A DNA stretch of 64,000 nucleotides from Gammaproteobacteria bacterium (lineage in GTDB: Bacteria; Pseudomonadota; Gammaproteobacteria; UBA4575), in NCBI GenBank assembly GCA_965221955.1, contig CBDCTA010000022.1, positions 32,001-96,000 of the forward strand, written 5' to 3'. The notes beneath the pieces were generated by a model. The model saw only the letters and a list, made by a program, of their open reading frames with translations. It was not told where the DNA came from and did no database searches. Positions 60,263 through 64,000 of this stretch are shown here, in pieces. Each line of letters begins with the position of its first letter. The first letter of the stretch is position 1. The position numbers and the translations under genes were made by a program.

Positions 60263-60835
60263 ATGGCAAAACTCATCCTTTTCAACAAACCCTACGGTGT
60301 GCTCAGCCAGTTTACTGAGGACCCAAGTAATAAAAACAAGTCTCAACAAACTCTAAAAGACTATATCGATATTCCGAATGTCTATGCGGCTGGGCGCTTA
60401 GATAAGGATAGTGAAGGTCTATTGCTGCTGACGGATGATGGAAAATTACAACAGCGCATTGCTGACCCGAGATTTAAATGGGCTAAATACTATTGGGCTC
60501 AGGTGGAAGGAGAAGTCAGTGATGAAGCGCTACATACACTGCAAAAAGGGGTGCAACTGAAAGATGGGTTGACCCTTCCTGCTGAAGTAAGTCGTATCGA
60601 GGAACCGAGCAAGCTATGGGAGCGCGAACCTCCAATACGCTTTCGCAAAACAGTGCCTACCCAATGGTTGAATATTGTAATTAGAGAAGGTCGTAATCGC
60701 CAAGTGCGCCGCATGACTGCTGCAATTAACCATCCTACACTCAGGCTCGTTCGTCACCGTATTGGCCCAATTAAGTTAGGCACACTTAGACAAGGTCAAT
60801 TTAAAAGCATTAGTACCGATAATCTCAGTTCATAA
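60263..60835 (+). CDS. rluE: rRNA pseudouridine synthase (RluE-like)
   Basis: FNKPYGVLSQF, GRLDKDSEGLL and EGRNRQVRRM motifs. Confidence 0.85.
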   Translation: MAKLILFNKPYGVLSQFTEDPSNKNKSQQTLKDYIDIPNVYAAGRLDKDSEGLLLLTDDGKLQQRIADPRFKWAKYYWAQVEGEVSDEALHTLQKGVQLKDGLTLPAEVSRIEEPSKLWEREPPIRFRKTVPTQWLNIVIREGRNRQVRRMTAAINHPTLRLVRHRIGPIKLGTLRQGQFKSISTDNLSS

Positions 60836-60886
60836 AACATTTAAATCTGTTGTTAGTTTTATCCAATAAGGATTTACAAATTAAAT

Positions 60887-60960
60887 AAGAAACAAATTTA
60901 ACTTTATTCTTAAAGAAACATCTTTGCTCCTAAAGAAACACATTTATCCGTTAAGAAACA
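60887..60960 (+). repeat. Four AAGAAACA direct repeats upstream of adk
   Basis: Copies start at 60887, 60913, 60933 and 60953. Confidence 0.75.
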
Positions 60961-61028
60961 CCATTTAAACTAAATCAAATTGTTGTTTTCTTATTTTGCG
61001 ATCTTAATTACAATTCTCTTAGGATTAA

Positions 61029-61739
<711 letters not shown>

Positions 61740-61854
61740 AGCTAAAATTAATCTTCGTGCTTCAGTATTGAGTCAAGATCTGGGGCAACAAACTTTTTAC
61801 GCGCCTCTAGGAATGTAAAATAGTCTATACAAAATACGATACAAATAACTTGCC

Positions 61855-62214
61855 TCAATGTGGCTCAGGCCTGCTAATAAGAAACGCCATGATTGAAATA
61901 AACAACACTGTCATTCCAGTTATAAGCCAAACATTATCTATACGTTGATACATGATCACCCAACTCAATGTAAGCAGTAGAAACGCTACTACTTTACTTG
62001 TCCGTGAGATCGCCCCCTGTTGTTCCCAGTCAATCAAGAGTTTTCCAAGCTTAGGATGAGCATAGAGCCAATGATGTAAGCGATCAGAGCCTTTAGCAGA
62101 AAACCAGGCTGTTAATAGCAAAAATGGTACTGTAGGTAAGCCAGGCAGTATTATTCCAATGAGTGCAAGCGCTAAAAAGAAATAAGCTAGAATTAGGGCG
62201 GCTAGGCGTGTCAC
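61855..62214 (-). CDS. YbaN/DUF454 family membrane protein
   Basis: IGIILPGLPTVPFLLL motif. Confidence 0.9.
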   Translation of the reverse strand: MTRLAALILAYFFLALALIGIILPGLPTVPFLLLTAWFSAKGSDRLHHWLYAHPKLGKLLIDWEQQGAISRTSKVVAFLLLTLSWVIMYQRIDNVWLITGMTVLFISIMAFLISRPEPH

Positions 62215-62263
62215 ATTAATGATGTCGTTTCAATCAAATCAAAAATACAATCTTGTAATTAAC

Positions 62264-63364
62264 TCAAGATTGAGCACCTAGTTTTTTCGCACGTTCATTA
62301 ATAGCATCCTTGTCTGGGACTTGATAGTTACTTGAACACTCAGGCCAACCTTGAGCATGCTGTATGACTATATTCGTTAAGGCTTCGATGTGAACGGCCT
62401 CTGCATTTAAGGCTGGAATATAATTAAATGCTTCACCACCAGCATCTAAAAACACACCTTGGTTTTCAATACTGATTTCTTCTAGTGTCTCAATACAATC
62501 AGCTGAGAAGCCTGGACAAAAAACATCGATAGTTTTAATACCTTGTTTAGGCAACTCTTCCATGGTTTTAATCGTGTAGGGTTGTAACCATTCTGCTTTT
62601 CCAAAACGCGATTGAAAAGTCAATTGCCATTGTGATTCGCTTAAATTTAATTTTTCAGCAATGAGACGTGCTGTCTCATGACATTCACAATGATAAGGGT
62701 CGCCCAGATCTAAATTACGTTTAGGTAAACCGTGAAAAGAAAAGATTAATTTCTGACTTTGCGAGTGCTCATTCCAGTAATTTTGAATCTGCGTTACACA
62801 GGCATGAATATAATCTTTATTCGCACCATAGTTATTTACCATTCGAAGTTCAGGCATCCAACGCTGTTGCATAAACTCTTTTGCAATTGCATCGAACGTG
62901 GAAGCCGTGGTGCTGGCTGAATATTGAGGATACAAAGGCAACACTAAAACTCTTTTTGCATTGTGTTGTTTTAATTCTTCAAGCCCAGCCTGTATAGAAG
63001 GCTGCCCATAGCGCATGGCCAATACTACTTTTACAGGACCAGTAAATTTTTGCTCGAGTTTTTCTTGCAGTGCGTCACGCTGCTGTTGACTGATCACCAA
63101 TAGTGGTGAACCTTCATCTGTCCAGATTTTTTTATAATCTTCGGATTTAGCTCTTGGGCGCGTGTTCAAAATAATGCCATGTAAGATAAGCCACCATAGA
63201 GGTCGTGGAATCTCTACTACACGCGGATCCCAAAGAAACTCTGCAAGATATTTTCGAATCGCTTTTGGGGTAGGTGCTTCTGGCGTACCTAAGTTGGTAA
63301 TGAGTACGCCTAAACAAGTATCACTACCGTGAATATAGTCTTGTGTGCCCTTAAATTTTGGCAT
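62264..63364 (-). CDS. hemH: Ferrochelatase
   Basis: NLGTP, LYPQYS, FSFHGLP, FQSRFG and DCIETLEE motifs. Confidence 0.97.
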   Translation of the reverse strand: MPKFKGTQDYIHGSDTCLGVLITNLGTPEAPTPKAIRKYLAEFLWDPRVVEIPRPLWWLILHGIILNTRPRAKSEDYKKIWTDEGSPLLVISQQQRDALQEKLEQKFTGPVKVVLAMRYGQPSIQAGLEELKQHNAKRVLVLPLYPQYSASTTASTFDAIAKEFMQQRWMPELRMVNNYGANKDYIHACVTQIQNYWNEHSQSQKLIFSFHGLPKRNLDLGDPYHCECHETARLIAEKLNLSESQWQLTFQSRFGKAEWLQPYTIKTMEELPKQGIKTIDVFCPGFSADCIETLEEISIENQGVFLDAGGEAFNYIPALNAEAVHIEALTNIVIQHAQGWPECSSNYQVPDKDAINERAKKLGAQS

Positions 63365-63493
63365 GAATGTATTCTTTATTTACTCTTAATTTGTAATGCA
63401 GGGCAAAGCCTACTGAAAAAGGTGGCCTATAAGCAACTCACTATGGATCAGTGTATAAAACGAAGGTATGAAACCTTCCAAAGCATGTGCAAC

Positions 63494-64000
63494 CTATGCC
63501 TGCATGCTAAGACGCTTATGCAGAGGACTCGTTCTAGGAAAATGTGCAAGTAAAAATTTCATTTGGTCAGCAAGCACTCTGCGACCTTGTAGATAAATAT
63601 ATTCTGCATGAGTGGGGATAAAAGGAATCGCTAATAATTGCATATTCGCTTGTTCAGGAGTTTGTCCTGCTTTGTGGTTATTACAACGCTTGCATGCGGT
63701 AACAACGTTGTTCCATTCATCTTCTCCACCTTGGCTAATCGGACGAACATGATCACGAGATAAATCTCTACGATCGAATCGTTCACCACAATACAAACAT
63801 AAATTTGCATCGCGCTTAAATAGAGTACGATTGTTCAAAGGCGGAACATAACTCTCATGTAGGGATTTATTGTTGCCGTATGTAGCAATGATTGAGTGCA
63901 CTTCAATTTGACTGCGAATGCCGCTACGCGCATTGACTCCGCCATGAATCACATATAAATGTTCACCACAGGTATACGCCACTTGCTCGCCATGATACAG
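63494..64000 (-). CDS. HNH endonuclease (5' truncated by window edge)
   Basis: RD..LCLYCG...DHV.P.SQGG...W.NVVTACKRCNNHK pattern. Confidence 0.9.
   Translation of the reverse strand: MYHGEQVAYTCGEHLYVIHGGVNARSGIRSQIEVHSIIATYGNNKSLHESYVPPLNNRTLFKRDANLCLYCGERFDRRDLSRDHVRPISQGGEDEWNNVVTACKRCNNHKAGQTPEQANMQLLAIPFIPTHAEYIYLQGRRVLADQMKFLLAHFPRTSPLHKRLSMQA

Noticed and set aside
63494-64000. HNH nuclease as a mobile or defence element
   Set aside because: It is truncated by the window edge and has no mobile context, so it cannot be linked to the repeat system.

Overview
AT-rich gammaproteobacterial chromosome segment, mostly housekeeping genes (metXW, cysQ, ppsA/ppsR, typA, mutY-yggX, moaCD, degQ, cbpA, rph-rdgB-hemW, rpmE, adk, hemH, tRNA-Phe). 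It also carries a heme-copper cytochrome c oxidase cluster bracketed by two heme O synthase paralogues, a Tat/GMC oxidoreductase operon and an Fae homologue. The most unusual feature is at 7.5-9.5 kb, with an apparently empty copy at 13.7-13.9 kb. There, short co-oriented genes are each bounded by 30-bp dyad sites (consensus AATGWCYGCTTT-N6-WTAGCRGWCATT), together with a shared linker motif and a 60-bp double-hairpin repeat. One site is interrupted by nested ~50-bp mini-elements. This looks like a non-integron gene-cassette capture system, but no recombinase gene is in the window. All alignments and family assignments were made by eye; no database searches were run.
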